Shown here: positions 63,283-64,000 of the stretch, piece by piece
Numbering within the stretch: position 1 is the stretch's first letter
How the letters are laid out: the number at the start of each line of letters is the position of its first letter
Assembly (NCBI GenBank): GCA_010405405.1
Contig: MU004242.1
Location: 1,101,769-1,165,768 of the forward strand
Direction: 5' to 3'
Origin: Microthyrium microscopicum
Lineage: Eukaryota
DNA length: 64,000 nt
Program-made: the position numbers and the translations under genes
The notes under the pieces: model-generated
The model's database searches: none
Told to the model about the DNA's origin: nothing
Seen by the model: only the letters and a program-made list of their open reading frames with translations

Positions 63283-64000
63283 CTTTTAATATATAAATAT
63301 ATATATATTAAAATAAGTTATAGTAGCGTATTTTATACTAATTAAGATAAGTCTATATATAAATAAAACTAAAGCGCTTATAAATTTTATAAATATTAGT
63401 ATAAGTCTATATTTATAGTAGTTTCTATATATTTCTATAGCCTATTTATATAATTTATAGTAATATCTATCTATTTTAATTAAGAAAAGTTAGAAATAAG
63501 TAAGTATATTTTACTAATTATTTTTAAGGTTTAATTATTATTAGTATTTAGCTTTATAATTTTAGTAAGCTAACTAAAGAAGTATATTATAATTATTCTC
63601 TATAAGCCTACTAGTTTTAATTAAATTAGTCTATTTTAATTATTACTATAATTATATAATCCTACTAGCATATATTAAATAGTACTAAAGTAATTATAAG
63701 AATTTAATATATATCTATATATATAAAATACTATTTAATATTATTATTCTTTTTTTTATTCTATACTCTCTCTATTATTTACTCTTTATTTTAAATTTTA
63801 GTTTCTAATATATATACTCTATTACTATTATTCTATATAGAGCTAATATATAATAAAAACTAACTTTAGTATACTTATTAAATTAGTAATTATTAAGTAA
63901 GTTTAAATCTTTTTACTCTTTTATACTTACTAATAAAACTTTAATTAGAAAGACGTAGTAAGTAAAATATTAATTAAATATTCTATTTAACTAGTAAAAA

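Larger units (their letters stand above)
59520..64000. other. RIP-degenerated AT-rich block (transposon/repeat relics)
   Basis: Abrupt switch to very AT-rich sequence with TpA excess, near absence of CpA/TpG and no ORFs in the supplied track, which is the classical RIP signature. Confidence 0.92.

Overview
This is an intron-containing fungal genomic window (filamentous ascomycete), with four compartments. (1) 1-31 kb is a dense block of core genes: an MFS transporter (partial), NEDD8/Rub1 (missed by the ORF track), SPT3, DPH5, COG4, phospholipase B, a beta-lactamase-fold serine hydrolase, a PAS hybrid histidine kinase, OST3/6 and RNA polymerase I RPA190. (2) 31.6-41.5 kb holds genes I cannot assign to a named family: three members of an F-box-like family (a fourth lies at 1.8-2.9 kb) and a protein with split GIY-YIG-like motifs plus an AT-hook. 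(3) 41.5-59.5 kb is gene-poor and decaying. It contains a MITE, an intact MYND-finger gene, and a divergent ParB-like (DUF3723-like) pseudogene preceded by a duplicated GCCCCATGGGGC palindrome, possibly a relic of a giant mobile element. (4) 59.5-64 kb is heavily RIP-mutated AT-rich DNA with a ~71-bp tandem array and a Mutator-like MITE (85-bp TIRs, 9-bp TSD). A 5'-truncated retroposed insertion with a 14-bp TSD lies just downstream of SPT3, and SPT3 intron 1 is long and hairpin-rich. Exon boundaries were read by eye, and family assignments rest on motif recognition, not database searches.
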